DNA of 64,000 nucleotides from an uncultured Bacteroides sp. (GTDB taxonomy: Bacteria; Bacteroidota; Bacteroidia; Bacteroidales; GCA-2748055), in NCBI GenBank assembly GCA_964500835.1, contig CAZCQL010000007.1, positions 31,871 through 95,870 of the forward strand, in the 5' to 3' direction. The notes under the pieces are model-generated. The model searched no databases, had not been told where the DNA came from, and saw only the letters and a program-made list of their open reading frames with translations. Below, piece after piece: positions 27,695-38,085 of this stretch (the first letter of the stretch is position 1; every line of letters begins with the position of its first letter). The position numbers and the translations under genes were made by a program.

Positions 27695-28485
27695 GCGATC
27701 AGTTTTAATACGATCAAGAATACTAAAATGGACGGTGCCACAAATAATAAAGAATCAAAACGGTCCAGGATACCTCCGTGACCAGGTAGTAATTCTCCCA
27801 GGTTCTTCACGTTAATTTTTCTTTTTAAACGGGATTCATAAAGATCACCTGCCAGCCCAAGGCTACTTGTTATCACAGAAAAAATGATCCATCTCTCCAA
27901 TGTAAACTCACCCGATATCGAGAAAATGATCCATCCGCTGAACAATGTAAAAAGCACACCACCCAGAAATCCTTCCCAGGTTTTGCCGGGCGAAATCCGG
28001 GGTGTCATTTTGTGTTTACCGACCAGACTTCCAACCACATACGCTAAGGAGTCATTTACCCAGATCAGCGCAATAATTGACAAGGGCATCAGGGATTGGA
28101 AGGCTTTCACCTCTTCGATCCAACCAAGAAGAAAGAATGAAGTTAATGGAACTGCTAACCAGATAAGGATCAACCTACCCCCCATATTGAATCCCGACCA
28201 TATAAAACCAATTATCCAGCCTGTTGCCGGAATAAAATACCAGGCAGGACTCCATTGATACTGCAGTATCACAAATGACAAAGGCATCAGCAATCCTGCT
28301 GATAACGCCATGGTTAGATGTGAGGAGGTTTTCCATTGCAAAAATAGAGGGTTCAGCTCTCTCAACCCCAGCCAGTAGACAAGTAATATTATCCCAAGAA
28401 AGGGAACCGGGCCGAGAAGAATTGATCCTGCAAACAGGATGATCAGTAATATCCCGGTGAGGCTGCGAAGGATCAGCTCTTTCAA
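27691..28485 (-). CDS. cdsA: Phosphatidate cytidylyltransferase (CDP-diglyceride synthase)
   Basis: It carries the CTP_transf_1 signature SRLKRKINVKNLGELLPGHGGILDRFDSLLF and is a polytopic membrane protein. Confidence 0.85.
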   Translation of the reverse strand: MKELILRSLTGILLIILFAGSILLGPVPFLGIILLVYWLGLRELNPLFLQWKTSSHLTMALSAGLLMPLSFVILQYQWSPAWYFIPATGWIIGFIWSGFNMGGRLILIWLAVPLTSFFLLGWIEEVKAFQSLMPLSIIALIWVNDSLAYVVGSLVGKHKMTPRISPGKTWEGFLGGVLFTLFSGWIIFSISGEFTLERWIIFSVITSSLGLAGDLYESRLKRKINVKNLGELLPGHGGILDRFDSLLFVAPSILVFLIVLKLIA

Positions 28486-28691
28486 GTTTCTTCAAATTCC
28501 TGGATCAGCTTTTTAGCCCTGATCACGTTGTCCCGGTGGACATATAACTCAATGTCTCCGAACTTGTAAGCCGAATCCTGTTTATTAATGAGAAAGGATT
28601 GCATGTTGTGGTCTGTCAACATTTGATGCACCAATTCTGCTATATACGGATTCCCGGAGGAATAGATATGAACCTGGTTGCTATCCATCAA
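28482..28691 (-). CDS. Small DUF2007-like protein (putative signal-transduction fold)
   Basis: 69-aa ORF translationally coupled on both sides (4-nt overlaps with ftsH and cdsA). The pattern IYSSGNPYIAELVHQMLTDHNMQSFLINKQDS...RAKKLIQEFE resembles the DUF2007 family often found next to ftsH in Bacteroidota. Confidence 0.5.
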   Translation of the reverse strand: MMDSNQVHIYSSGNPYIAELVHQMLTDHNMQSFLINKQDSAYKFGDIELYVHRDNVIRAKKLIQEFEET

Positions 28692-30793
28692 GTGGCCTGC
28701 TCTTCTGTTTTCTCTTCAGTTTGATCCTTGATTTGGGTCTCAATTTCTTCTTCTGCTTTGACAACCACTTTTTTCTTAGCTCTTTTTGTGACTTTCTCCT
28801 TATCATTCTTCCTGTGGGGACTTTCAGGAAATGATTCTTCGCTGGTCCATGGGCGTTTTCCGAATATCTTTTCCAGGTCGTCGCTGAAAATCACCTCTTT
28901 TTCAAGGAGGATTCCTGCCAACTTATTCAGGCCTTCATTATTCTCCTTCAAGAGGGCTTTAGCCCTTTCATATTGTACTTCAATCAATCCTTTTACTTCT
29001 TCATCGATGGTTTCCGCAGTTTTCTCGCTGTAGGGTTTATTAAAGGCAAAATCCTGTTGTCCGCTAGAATCATAATAACTGAGATTCCCAATCTTTTCGC
29101 TCATGCCAAAGAATGAAATCATTGCAAATGCTTGTTTTGTAACCCGCTCCAGGTCATTTAAAGCACCGGTGGATATTTTATTGAACGTAACCTCTTCTGA
29201 TGCCCGTCCTCCAAGGGCTGAACACATCTCATCAAGCATCTGTTCGGTGGTAGTAATCTGACGCTCCTCGGGCAGGTACCATGCAGCTCCCAGGGCCCGG
29301 CCCCTTGGTATGATGGTCACCTTCACCAGCGGATTAGCATGCTCAAGCAACCAGCTAATCGTGGCATGCCCGGCTTCATGAAATGCAATAGTTCGCTTCT
29401 CCTCCTTTTTTATGATCTTATTCTTCTTTTCCAAGCCTCCGATGATCCGGTCGACAGCATCTAGAAAATCCTGGCGTTCGACCATCTTTTTATCGTTTCT
29501 GGCAGCGATCAGGGCGGATTCATTACATACATTGGCAATGTCGGCTCCTGAAAATCCAGGAGTCTGTTTGGCGAGAAAGTCCACATCCACCGATTTGTCA
29601 ATCCTAATTGGTTTCATATGAACCTCAAAGATTGCCCTGCGTTCGTTCAGGTCTGGCAATTCCACGTGAATTTGGCGATCAAATCTACCGGCTCGCAACA
29701 ACGCGTTATCAAGCACATCCGACCGGTTAGTTGCTGCAAGGATGATGACCCCGCTGTTGCTGCTAAATCCATCCATTTCAGTCAGCAATTGATTCAGGGT
29801 GTTTTCACGTTCGTCATTGGAGCCAAAATTAGGATTCCGGCCTCTGGCCCTTCCCACCGCATCGATCTCATCAATAAAAACTATACATGGAGCTTTTTCT
29901 TTTGCCTGCTTGAAAAGGTCCCGCACCCTGGATGCCCCCACACCCACAAACATCTCCACAAAATCGGACCCGGACATGGAGAAAAATGGTACGTTTGCTT
30001 CCCCGGCCACTGCTTTTGCCAAGAGGGTCTTTCCCGTGCCCGGAGGTCCCACAAGCAGGGCACCCTTTGGAATCTTCCCCCCCAGTTCTGTATATTTCTT
30101 AGGATGTTTCAGGAATTCAACAATCTCCCTGATTTCAACCTTAGCCTCTTCCAATCCGGCTACATCGTGAAAATCGGTTTTTACATTTGTGTCTTTATCA
30201 AAGATCTGCGCCTTGGATTTTCCAACGCTGAATATATTGCTGGCTCCACCACCGCCTCCACCACCCATCCGGCGGAGCATATAGATCCAGATTCCCAGTA
30301 TTAACAAAAATGGAAGTACCCAGAGCATGATCTCTCCGATATAGTTCCTTCGTGTGGCTGTAGTATACGTAGGTCTGTTCTCGGAGGGCAGTTCATTCAT
30401 CACCTTGTTTAGTTCACCTACGAAAACATCCTGACTAATAATATTAAAAAAATATTGGGGCAAAGATTGCCCAAGTACTGTATTGGTTTTCTGGGATTTA
30501 ACGTCTTCAAATTCAGCATCGGTGAGACGCTCAGGTTTAATATAAATCTCCACCTTTTCCTTGTTCACAATAACGATTTTTTCGATATCTCCTTTCTGCA
30601 GGATCTGAAAAAATCTATTGGAATCGATCTCTTTTAATCCACCACTGGAACTCAGAAACTGAATTCCGATCATTACCAACAGGATTATCCCTATGATCCA
30701 GTACGAATTAAATTTGGGTTTGTTGGCACCACCGGGCTTATTTCCAAGGTTACCTCCGGGAAACCTTCCGGGATTAATTTTTTTATCAGCCAT
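28688..30793 (-). CDS. ftsH: ATP-dependent zinc metalloprotease FtsH
   Basis: Walker A is [13 protein letters not shown] and Walker B is IVFIDEIDA. The second region of homology [20 protein letters not shown] and the zinc motif HEAGHA are present, along with two N-terminal TM helices. Confidence 0.95.
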   Translation of the reverse strand: MADKKINPGRFPGGNLGNKPGGANKPKFNSYWIIGIILLVMIGIQFLSSSGGLKEIDSNRFFQILQKGDIEKIVIVNKEKVEIYIKPERLTDAEFEDVKSQKTNTVLGQSLPQYFFNIISQDVFVGELNKVMNELPSENRPTYTTATRRNYIGEIMLWVLPFLLILGIWIYMLRRMGGGGGGGASNIFSVGKSKAQIFDKDTNVKTDFHDVAGLEEAKVEIREIVEFLKHPKKYTELGGKIPKGALLVGPPGTGKTLLAKAVAGEANVPFFSMSGSDFVEMFVGVGASRVRDLFKQAKEKAPCIVFIDEIDAVGRARGRNPNFGSNDERENTLNQLLTEMDGFSSNSGVIILAATNRSDVLDNALLRAGRFDRQIHVELPDLNERRAIFEVHMKPIRIDKSVDVDFLAKQTPGFSGADIANVCNESALIAARNDKKMVERQDFLDAVDRIIGGLEKKNKIIKKEEKRTIAFHEAGHATISWLLEHANPLVKVTIIPRGRALGAAWYLPEERQITTTEQMLDEMCSALGGRASEEVTFNKISTGALNDLERVTKQAFAMISFFGMSEKIGNLSYYDSSGQQDFAFNKPYSEKTAETIDEEVKGLIEVQYERAKALLKENNEGLNKLAGILLEKEVIFSDDLEKIFGKRPWTSEESFPESPHRKNDKEKVTKRAKKKVVVKAEEEIETQIKDQTEEKTEEQAT

Positions 30794-30805
30794 AATTATT
30801 TTTTT

Positions 30806-31177
30806 CTATGCGTATTCCACCCTCTTCACTTTTCCGTCGGCCCAAAGCTCTTCAAGTTTATAGAAGGACCTGTATTCCTCCTGGAATACGTGGACAAGGA
30901 TGTCAAAAAAATCCAGCAGGACCCACTGGCTGTTCAGGAGACCTTCCACATGGTGGGCCCTGATTTTTGCTTCCTCTTTCAGTTTTTTCTCAATGGATTC
31001 AGTGATAGCTCCCACCTGTGTAACTGACTCTCCGTGACAAATAATAAAACAATCACAGATGGAATTTTCAACCTGTGAAAGATCAATCGTAACGATCTGG
31101 TGTCCTTTTTTCTCCTGGATTGCCTCGATAATCAACCGATGTTTTTGTTCCACACTCAAAGAATCCCTTTCCTCCAT
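30806..31177 (-). CDS. rsfS: Ribosome silencing factor RsfS
   Basis: 123-aa ORF with DCFIICHGESVTQVGAI...WVLLDFFDILVHVFQEEYRSFYKLEELW, typical of the RsfS/iojap family. Confidence 0.85.
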   Translation of the reverse strand: MEERDSLSVEQKHRLIIEAIQEKKGHQIVTIDLSQVENSICDCFIICHGESVTQVGAITESIEKKLKEEAKIRAHHVEGLLNSQWVLLDFFDILVHVFQEEYRSFYKLEELWADGKVKRVEYA

Positions 31178-31313
31178 CTGCCTATTTATTCACAAAGGTA
31201 ATGATTTTAGATGTTACAATTTTGTAATTTCGAGACGCTTCACCGCCCAGACCTGATAACATTCATTAGCCTCAATTGTTGTTTATGCAAGGATAATAGT
31301 CAAAAACTGTACC

Positions 31314-32060
31314 ATGGGTATAAAATGGATCAAACTTGACAGCATCGCGTCGACCAATTCGTACATTACGGAATTAATGAAGGTTGGGAAAGCGAAGGAA
31401 GAGCTTGTAGTGACGGCTGATTATCAAGACACTGGGAAAGGTCAGGGGGATCATTTGTGGCAAAGCAACAAGGGCGAAAACCTTTTAATGAGTATTCTCC
31501 TTCACCCTGCATTTTTGTCAGCATCCGATCAATTTCAGCTCTCCAGGTTGACCTCACTGGCCATTTGCGATATCCTGGCATCTTTGGATCTGGAGCCAGT
31601 TATTAAATGGCCGAATGATATTCTTACGGAGTGGGGAAAAATCGCTGGAATTTTAATCGAACACGCTATTTCAGGTCGCGCCATTTCACACACCATTATT
31701 GGAATTGGTCTGAATTTGAACCAATCAGTCTTTCCTGAATTTCCAATCAGTGCCACCTCAGTTGCCCTGGAAAAAGGGAACACCCTATCTCCATACAAGA
31801 TAGCAGAGCAATTGCTGAAGAGGATTTTATCCAGGTATGATCAGCTAAAAAACGGAATAGGCAATGTGCTGGAATTGGAATACCTCAAAAGATTGCATTT
31901 GATCGATCAGCGGTCCAGTTTCTTAATCGGAGGAAATGAGTGCCAGGGGGTGATCCGGGGAGTTACCCACATCGGTGAGCTTCAGGTTGAGATCGATGGA
32001 AATGTAAAGACCTTCGGACATCAGGAGATTAGGTTGAAAGTGAGCAACCGGAGGAACTGA
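31314..32060 (+). CDS. birA: Biotin--[acetyl-CoA-carboxylase] ligase, class I (no N-terminal HTH)
   Basis: 248-aa ORF with DSIASTNSY and the biotin-binding loop QDTGKGQGDHLWQS (GRGRxGR-type position). KWPNDIL is present, followed by a C-terminal SH3-like tail. The length excludes the repressor HTH domain. Confidence 0.8.
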   Translation: MGIKWIKLDSIASTNSYITELMKVGKAKEELVVTADYQDTGKGQGDHLWQSNKGENLLMSILLHPAFLSASDQFQLSRLTSLAICDILASLDLEPVIKWPNDILTEWGKIAGILIEHAISGRAISHTIIGIGLNLNQSVFPEFPISATSVALEKGNTLSPYKIAEQLLKRILSRYDQLKNGIGNVLELEYLKRLHLIDQRSSFLIGGNECQGVIRGVTHIGELQVEIDGNVKTFGHQEIRLKVSNRRN

Positions 32061-32108
32061 GCCGACAGGTGAAGAAAGTGACAAGTGGGAAAGTTAGGGT
32101 GTAGCTCA

Positions 32109-32534
32109 CTAAAAACTGAATCCTTCCATTTTGTCGATAAGGCTATTTACAAACATCTTCAGGGGAGATTTGATCATCGGCAGGAGCATTCTGTTTACAT
32201 GTGGTTCAACCGTTACTTTGATCCTGGTATCATTTTCCGCCACTTGTTTTAGTTGAATCCATATGGAGAACTGGTATTTTGAAAACTCGGGTCTTGAGGC
32301 CATTTTCACCAGTTTATTCGGAGTTTTTTCTACCATTTGCAACCCTGTTCGGCCAAGGGGTTCCACCTGGAAACTGCATTGATCTTCGGAAGATTCCCAT
32401 CCGCTAACTTTGCCTTCCGGGAGAAGATCCTTAAAGTTGTGAAAATTAGTAATGAATTTGAAAATCTTTTGATCACTGTGGTTGGACGTACCTATTTTAC
32501 TTTCAATCTTCACCTCTGATTGTATTTTATTCAC
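32109..32534 (-). CDS. SRPBCC-superfamily (START/CoxG-like) small protein, function unknown
   Basis: 141-aa ORF. The size and the strand/helix pattern (N-terminal beta strands, long C-terminal helix LKMFVNSLIDKMEG) suggest a Bet v1-like fold. No catalytic motif was recognised. Confidence 0.35.
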   Translation of the reverse strand: MNKIQSEVKIESKIGTSNHSDQKIFKFITNFHNFKDLLPEGKVSGWESSEDQCSFQVEPLGRTGLQMVEKTPNKLVKMASRPEFSKYQFSIWIQLKQVAENDTRIKVTVEPHVNRMLLPMIKSPLKMFVNSLIDKMEGFSF

Positions 32535-32542
32535 TTGTCAGA

Positions 32543-33175
32543 TTATCTGTTCCAGGTTCCTGGATCTTTTCTCCATTGCCTGAGCATTTTTTCCTGCTCC
32601 GTTTTTATCTCACCCGATTCCAGAGCCACCTCGATTAATGTATGGTAATCGGTCAGTGTAACCAGTTGGATATTTGCATCCTTAAAATTTTTTTCAGCCA
32701 CCTTGAATCCGTAGGAAAATATGGCAACCATCCCCATCACTTCAGCTCCGGCTTCGCGCAGGGCTTCCACAGCTTTGAGAGAACTTCCCCCTGTGCTCAC
32801 AAGGTCTTCTACCAGAATCACTTTTTGCCCGGCTGCAATTCTTCCTTCCACTCTGTTTTTTCGTCCGTGTTCCTTGGCCGATGAACGAATATAGACAAAT
32901 GGGAGCTCCATCTCATCTGCTACCAATACTCCCTGGGCTATGGCTCCAGTAGCCACGCCTGCAATCACATCGGGGATGATAAAATGTTCGCTAATGGTCT
33001 TTACAAACGCCTCTTTTATTAAAGTCCGGATCTTTGGTTCCGATAGGGTGACGCGGTTGTCACAATAGATTGGAGAGTGCCAGCCTGAGGCCCAAATGAA
33101 GGGTTTTGTGGGTTCGAGTATTATTGCTTTACTTTGCAACAAATAGCCGGCTACCTGTTTTTTGATATTGGCCAT
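32543..33175 (-). CDS. pyrE: Orotate phosphoribosyltransferase
   Basis: PFIWASGWHSPIYCDNR is present, along with the PRPP-binding motif VILVEDLVSTGGSS. The start is set at MANIKKQVAGYLL (33175). Confidence 0.9.
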   Translation of the reverse strand: MANIKKQVAGYLLQSKAIILEPTKPFIWASGWHSPIYCDNRVTLSEPKIRTLIKEAFVKTISEHFIIPDVIAGVATGAIAQGVLVADEMELPFVYIRSSAKEHGRKNRVEGRIAAGQKVILVEDLVSTGGSSLKAVEALREAGAEVMGMVAIFSYGFKVAEKNFKDANIQLVTLTDYHTLIEVALESGEIKTEQEKMLRQWRKDPGTWNR

Positions 33176-33182
33176 CTGACAA

Positions 33183-33797
33183 ATGTATAAAGTTTTTTTC
33201 AACGATCGAGTGGTATATTTTTACGATGATCTTGCGAAGTCAAAAAAAAAGGACAGAGACCTTTATTACAGGTTTGAAAACGGCCGGAGTCTGCCAGAGA
33301 TGGTGGAGTATTTTTCCTCCCAGAAACAGATAAAAAGCCTCCATATCTATCATAATGAACTTCCGGAACTCATTGAGAAGTTTAAATCATGCTTCACCCT
33401 GGTTGACGCGGCAGGCGGTCTGGTATTTAATTCAAAAGGAGCATTCCTGGTCATAAAACGAAACGATGTCTGGGATCTGCCAAAAGGCAAACTTGAGAAA
33501 AATGAAGGTTTCAGGGGGGCGGCACTCAGGGAAGTTGAGGAGGAAACCGGACTAAAGAAACTTGTGGCGAGGCAACCCATTATCTCCACCTACCATACGT
33601 ACCATCTGGCAGATCACCGGATGTTAAAAAGAACCCAATGGTTTGAAATGCTTTACCCGGGGAATAAGGAGCCTGTCCTTCAAGCTAAGGAGGGTATCAC
33701 AAGGTACCGGTGGGTGGAGCCCGGGAAGACGGACTTCCTCATCAAAAACACCTATGGGAGCATTATAGATGTTTTAAAGCTCAAGAAGCTCCTCTAG
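33183..33797 (+). CDS. NUDIX hydrolase
   Basis: The Nudix box is GKLEKNEGFRGAALREVEEETGL (GX5EX7REUXEEXGU). An N-terminal extension of about 70 aa precedes it. Confidence 0.8.
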   Translation: MYKVFFNDRVVYFYDDLAKSKKKDRDLYYRFENGRSLPEMVEYFSSQKQIKSLHIYHNELPELIEKFKSCFTLVDAAGGLVFNSKGAFLVIKRNDVWDLPKGKLEKNEGFRGAALREVEEETGLKKLVARQPIISTYHTYHLADHRMLKRTQWFEMLYPGNKEPVLQAKEGITRYRWVEPGKTDFLIKNTYGSIIDVLKLKKLL

Positions 33798-35231
33798 CTA
33801 AATCTCACCCTTTGAACGCATAATCCTGAAGAGCTGCTGTTCAAATCCATCAGAAGGAAGTGTGGAAGGCGACAGAATCAGGTCTCCATCCGGACCAATA
33901 AGGTAAGCTGTTGGAAATGCTTTTACAAGAAAATCTGAAAGGATACCTGGCTGACCATCGAAATACAGGACCTTCCAACCATAGCCGTTCCTTTTCATGA
34001 ATTCCTTTACCTGTAATTCATTTTCGGCCACCATCACAGTCACCACCTGCAGGTAAGCCTGATGTTTTAGGATGAAAGATTGGAGATATGGATACTCCAT
34101 CATACAACCGTAGTTATCCGGCGTACAAAACATGAGGTACACATATTTGCCCAGGAAGTCTCTTGGTGTACAAAGGGTTCCATCCAGGTCAGACAATTGA
34201 AATTCTGGTGGAGGATGACCTATAACCAGGCTTGCGAGCTTCCTTTTCAACTGAGAGGTATAAATTGCGAAGTGCAGAGATACTGGATTTTGAATCATGG
34301 AATCCAGGAGCATCAGTATGGCATCTTTGTGGACATTCCCTTCATAAAAAAGATTTGACAACCCTTGCAGCAAGACCATGTCGGCAAGAGTATCGTTCCA
34401 GATTGCCGGATGTTTTCCGATGGTATATCTGACACTGTCAATATATTGGGTTCGGTTGATGTGTCTCCACAGGTCTTTCCCCAGTGGAGTTCTTGAATAA
34501 TAATAAATAAAGCCCTTAAACATGGCACCGAATAACTCCATGAAGCCGGGATGCGAAGTCCTGACTACTGGTCCCAGGTAATCCCGGCTGATGGTCTCGA
34601 GTCCTGTCCTGCCCTCATTTAACTTCAGCACACCATATTTGTATCTTCTATAATCCACGAAGAACTGAGCTGTATCCATGGCAAAGGTCAACTCGATGGA
34701 TCGTTCGATTGAATCTAAATTACTCTTTTTTCCAATCCTTCTGTTCATAATCACACTCTCATTAACCTCGTAAAACAGGGTGTCAAACCGCGCGATCATA
34801 TGATTCAATTCAGGAGCATCATTTACACATAGATTTGAATCTAAGGATGAGCGAGACAACACCTTCAGTGCTACTTCCAGAGGTTGAAAAAAGGGCGAGA
34901 TCATTTCGGCATACGCTTTCTCGCGATAGAGAGGTAATTCAATTTCGTAACTGATCCCCGGTTCCACAAAAAGGTAGGCCCTGTATACCCCGGTCACCAC
35001 ATGGATCAGGGTACTGGATTCCACCTCAGTAGAAAATTCAAAATGACCGAGGCTGGTGCAAACCACTCGTCTCACAGAGCCAGGAATGGTGATAAATGGA
35101 TTATTGTCTAATGTGATTTGAAGAGATTTTCCACTGTAATCCGGATTAGACCCATGTATGGAAACCGTTTGACCTAAAAGAAATCCCCACCCCCACAGCA
35201 ACATCCCACAAGCAACTCCATATACTCTCAT
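33798..35231 (-). CDS. Secreted protein with a C-terminal TlpA/thioredoxin-like domain lacking the canonical CxxC
   Basis: 477-aa ORF with a signal-like N-terminus MRVYGVACGMLLWGWGFLLGQ. The C-terminal ~130 aa follow the TlpA-like layout (FLGKYVYLMFCTPDNYGCMMEYPYLQ...AFPTAYLIGPDGDL), but the position of WCxPC holds C-TPDNYG-C. Confidence 0.5.
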   Translation of the reverse strand: MRVYGVACGMLLWGWGFLLGQTVSIHGSNPDYSGKSLQITLDNNPFITIPGSVRRVVCTSLGHFEFSTEVESSTLIHVVTGVYRAYLFVEPGISYEIELPLYREKAYAEMISPFFQPLEVALKVLSRSSLDSNLCVNDAPELNHMIARFDTLFYEVNESVIMNRRIGKKSNLDSIERSIELTFAMDTAQFFVDYRRYKYGVLKLNEGRTGLETISRDYLGPVVRTSHPGFMELFGAMFKGFIYYYSRTPLGKDLWRHINRTQYIDSVRYTIGKHPAIWNDTLADMVLLQGLSNLFYEGNVHKDAILMLLDSMIQNPVSLHFAIYTSQLKRKLASLVIGHPPPEFQLSDLDGTLCTPRDFLGKYVYLMFCTPDNYGCMMEYPYLQSFILKHQAYLQVVTVMVAENELQVKEFMKRNGYGWKVLYFDGQPGILSDFLVKAFPTAYLIGPDGDLILSPSTLPSDGFEQQLFRIMRSKGEI

Positions 35232-35716
35232 CAGAGGTACTCTTTAATGTCTATTTGCGCCGGGAGGAACTGGGATGCATCACCTCCATTGCGGATAATG
35301 TCCCTGATAATGGTTGAGTTAATAGGAGTATGCTCCGGCGAAGTTAGCAGGAAAATTGATTCCACCTCCGGTAACATTTTCTTATTGATCTGGGCAATGG
35401 CCCTTTCATATTCGAAGTCTGCAGAAGTCCTGATTCCCCTGAGCATATGGGTGGCCCCAACCCTTCTGCAGTAGTCAACTGTCAACCCTCTATATGAATC
35501 GGCATTCACGTTTTCATGCAATGTAAACACCTGGTTTACCATCTCCACCCGGGCTTCAATTTTTAATAAGGGCTGCTTGGTGGAGTGGATACCTATGGCG
35601 ACTATTATCTTGTCGAATAAGCCAAGTGCACGGAGCACAATTTTTTCATGGCCGATGGTAAACGGATCGAAAGAGCCCGGAAAAACAGCAATTTTTTGCA
35701 TTTCCTTTTTTTTCAA
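35231..35716 (-). CDS. coaD: Phosphopantetheine adenylyltransferase
   Basis: IAVFPGSFDPFTIGHEKIV carries the (H/T)xGH nucleotidyltransferase motif. ISSTIIR-like INSTIIRD is also present. The ORF is 161 aa. Confidence 0.9.
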   Translation of the reverse strand: MKKKEMQKIAVFPGSFDPFTIGHEKIVLRALGLFDKIIVAIGIHSTKQPLLKIEARVEMVNQVFTLHENVNADSYRGLTVDYCRRVGATHMLRGIRTSADFEYERAIAQINKKMLPEVESIFLLTSPEHTPINSTIIRDIIRNGGDASQFLPAQIDIKEYL

Positions 35717-35726
35717 AGGTAGTATT

Positions 35727-37955
35727 TTACTTAATTTCTTTTCTTTTATTCGCGCTCACAAACAACACGTTTCCCATCCTTTCGTAGCCGGTATATAGTT
35801 TATATCCTTCAGTTTTCAAGCGTTCATGCCTGAATCCGACAATCGTCAGGTCAGCATCGACGGATATCTCCCCGATGACCTCACGGGTTTCTTTATCCCT
35901 GTCGGCGCTGATCAGGCTAATGTTAGCCAGAGAAATTGGTAGTCGCCCCTCTTTAATAAGCACTTTTAGTTCTTCTCTCTTCCTGCTGGCCTCTTCGGGT
36001 TGGTAAATTGCAAAAATCTTGATGATCCCCTCCTTCCATTCAGGATGGCCGAGGATTATATAGCCCAGCAGGATCATCAAATTGGCGTTATCGTAGTCGG
36101 TGGATGTAATCCATATATCTATCTGTTTCTTGTATCCGAAACCTTTGTATGAGGTGTTAAGCACGCAAAGGTCAAATCCAGTGGCGTAAAGAATGTCATG
36201 GGTATTCAGGGCCTCCTCCAGTGCTTCGGGATTGGACTGAGAAAACTCGAAGAGTATCATGTTATTTCCCTTCCCTGAGATTCCAGAAAGCTGGATCACC
36301 TGCGCTATGGCCGAAGTGTAGGAAGGACTGATAATTGTATCCAGGTATACCTTGTTTTTGCTACCCGCAGCAAGGTGGATCAGTTTGCTGAGTATCTCTT
36401 TAGATTCCTTATTGGTTTTCTCAGTGAGGAATCCTTTGATGTAGTGAATGTATGTGCCAAATCCATATTTGAGAGAGATCCACCTGAGAATATCAAAAGC
36501 ACTTCGTCGCATAAATGTGTCCTGCGAAACACAGATCGTAAATGGCCGCCAGTGTTCGTCCAGGTCTTCGCGGTCGGCCCGTTGAGCCAGGATCTGCAAC
36601 TGTCTGCTAGCCTGGAATACCACCCCCCTGAACAGGTTCACCAGACCCTTTTCCTTCCGTTTATAGCTTGAAACCGTCACATAGATACCAGTCATCACAA
36701 TCAGCGAGAGTAACGCATAAGGTGCATTCATCTTAAACATTAGCCAAAATGAAGTTACTGCTCCAATTAACGAAACGTACCACCTGGATTTGAATGTGGG
36801 GCGGTAGGACGGATCTGCTGCGAAGTGCTCAAGAAGAGAAATTACACAGATCACTCCATACGTAACCATGAAAAACATGGAGATGATTTGCGCTACAAAA
36901 TCGATATCCCCAAAAGCCACAAATATAAATCCAATGACAATGCTTATCAGTCCTGCATTGGTGGGATCATTATCTTTCACCCTTCCCCTGGACAACCAAC
37001 CATTTAGACGTGATCCGGGGAAGACATCATCGTATCCCATGGCTTGCAGTGTTCTTGGAGCGACCATGAGAGATCCGAGTGCAGATGACAACGAGGCTGC
37101 AGCCAGGCCAATGGGAATGATGGGACCCCAGAGTGCGATTTTTTCCATAATCAATTGATCAGATGCCAGCTCGTCGGGGCTTGCACTGATGGCAAGTTTA
37201 TAGGCCACCAGGAGGTATATGACAAATCCACCCAATGTGGCCCAGAGGGTCCCCCTGGGAATAGATTTACTAGGGTCCTTCAGATCTCCTGAAAGACCAA
37301 GTCCAGCCACAAGTCCAGTAAATGCTGGAAAAATAATGGTAAAAACGAGGAAAAAATCATCAGGATTCCGGATCTGGGCTTTTAATACCAAAGGATGATC
37401 CGGAAGAGTAGATTTTCCGAGAAAGAAAAAAAGCAGGGAGGTGAATAGCAAAGCAACTACGACGTAGAGGGCCTTCATCCCCACGTTGGCTCCCCTGGCA
37501 AGAATAATGACAGAGAGAAGGGTCATGCTGACCAGCCCGATCCACCGTTTATCTATCAGAGGTGTATTAATCTCGTAATGAAGGAACCTGATAACCGGAT
37601 CGAATGCTTCCGAGAAGGCAATCACATAAAATGCCACACTGATGGCCTGGCTGAGGAAGAGTGCTATTCCGATAGCAGCTCCGATATTAATGCCAAAGGA
37701 ACGGCTGATAATGTGATAGGCGCCTCCTCCCTGTACTTTCTGGTTGGTAGCAATTTCGGCCACCGCCATGGAAGTTGGGATTGTTACCATATGGCCAAGA
37801 AGAATGATTCCTATCACTCCAATGAATCCCTGATGTCCAACGGCATACCCAAATCTGAGAAAGAGAATCGCTCCCAGGATCGTTGAGATGGCGGTCATAA
37901 AGACCGGGAGAGTGCCGAAATTGGCAGTCGTTCTATGTGGATGGGAATTTGACAT
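35727..37955 (-). CDS. APC-superfamily transporter of the cation-chloride-cotransporter (SLC12-like) type with a large cytoplasmic C-terminal domain
   Basis: About 12 TM helices are followed by a ~290-aa soluble domain. The N-terminal FGTLPVFMTAISTILGAILFLRFGY resembles the CCC/AAAP family signature. The start is set at MSNSHPHRTT (37955). Confidence 0.65.
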   Translation of the reverse strand: MSNSHPHRTTANFGTLPVFMTAISTILGAILFLRFGYAVGHQGFIGVIGIILLGHMVTIPTSMAVAEIATNQKVQGGGAYHIISRSFGINIGAAIGIALFLSQAISVAFYVIAFSEAFDPVIRFLHYEINTPLIDKRWIGLVSMTLLSVIILARGANVGMKALYVVVALLFTSLLFFFLGKSTLPDHPLVLKAQIRNPDDFFLVFTIIFPAFTGLVAGLGLSGDLKDPSKSIPRGTLWATLGGFVIYLLVAYKLAISASPDELASDQLIMEKIALWGPIIPIGLAAASLSSALGSLMVAPRTLQAMGYDDVFPGSRLNGWLSRGRVKDNDPTNAGLISIVIGFIFVAFGDIDFVAQIISMFFMVTYGVICVISLLEHFAADPSYRPTFKSRWYVSLIGAVTSFWLMFKMNAPYALLSLIVMTGIYVTVSSYKRKEKGLVNLFRGVVFQASRQLQILAQRADREDLDEHWRPFTICVSQDTFMRRSAFDILRWISLKYGFGTYIHYIKGFLTEKTNKESKEILSKLIHLAAGSKNKVYLDTIISPSYTSAIAQVIQLSGISGKGNNMILFEFSQSNPEALEEALNTHDILYATGFDLCVLNTSYKGFGYKKQIDIWITSTDYDNANLMILLGYIILGHPEWKEGIIKIFAIYQPEEASRKREELKVLIKEGRLPISLANISLISADRDKETREVIGEISVDADLTIVGFRHERLKTEGYKLYTGYERMGNVLFVSANKRKEIK

Positions 37956-38085
37956 GCCATTCACAGCACAATTCACCCTGAAGATTACATAAAAAATCTG
38001 AAATGAGTGCAGCATTTGCCCGTTTTTTGTCCTCCGGGATTTTTATAACTTGCACTCCGAAGAGACAGAGTACCATTTGCGCCTC

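Noticed and set aside
29618-30304. 228-aa plus-strand ORF, and several others between 28728 and 30637, inside the ftsH region
   Set aside because: They are antisense to an unambiguous full-length FtsH gene. The products are low-complexity with no recognisable motif. I treat them as the shadow ORFs typical of long genes with biased codon usage.
31214-31227. Inverted repeat TTACAA-TT-TTGTAA upstream of birA as a possible bio operator
   Set aside because: This BirA is the short class I form (248 aa) without the N-terminal HTH, so it cannot act as the biotin repressor. The repeat is short and AT-rich and could occur by chance.
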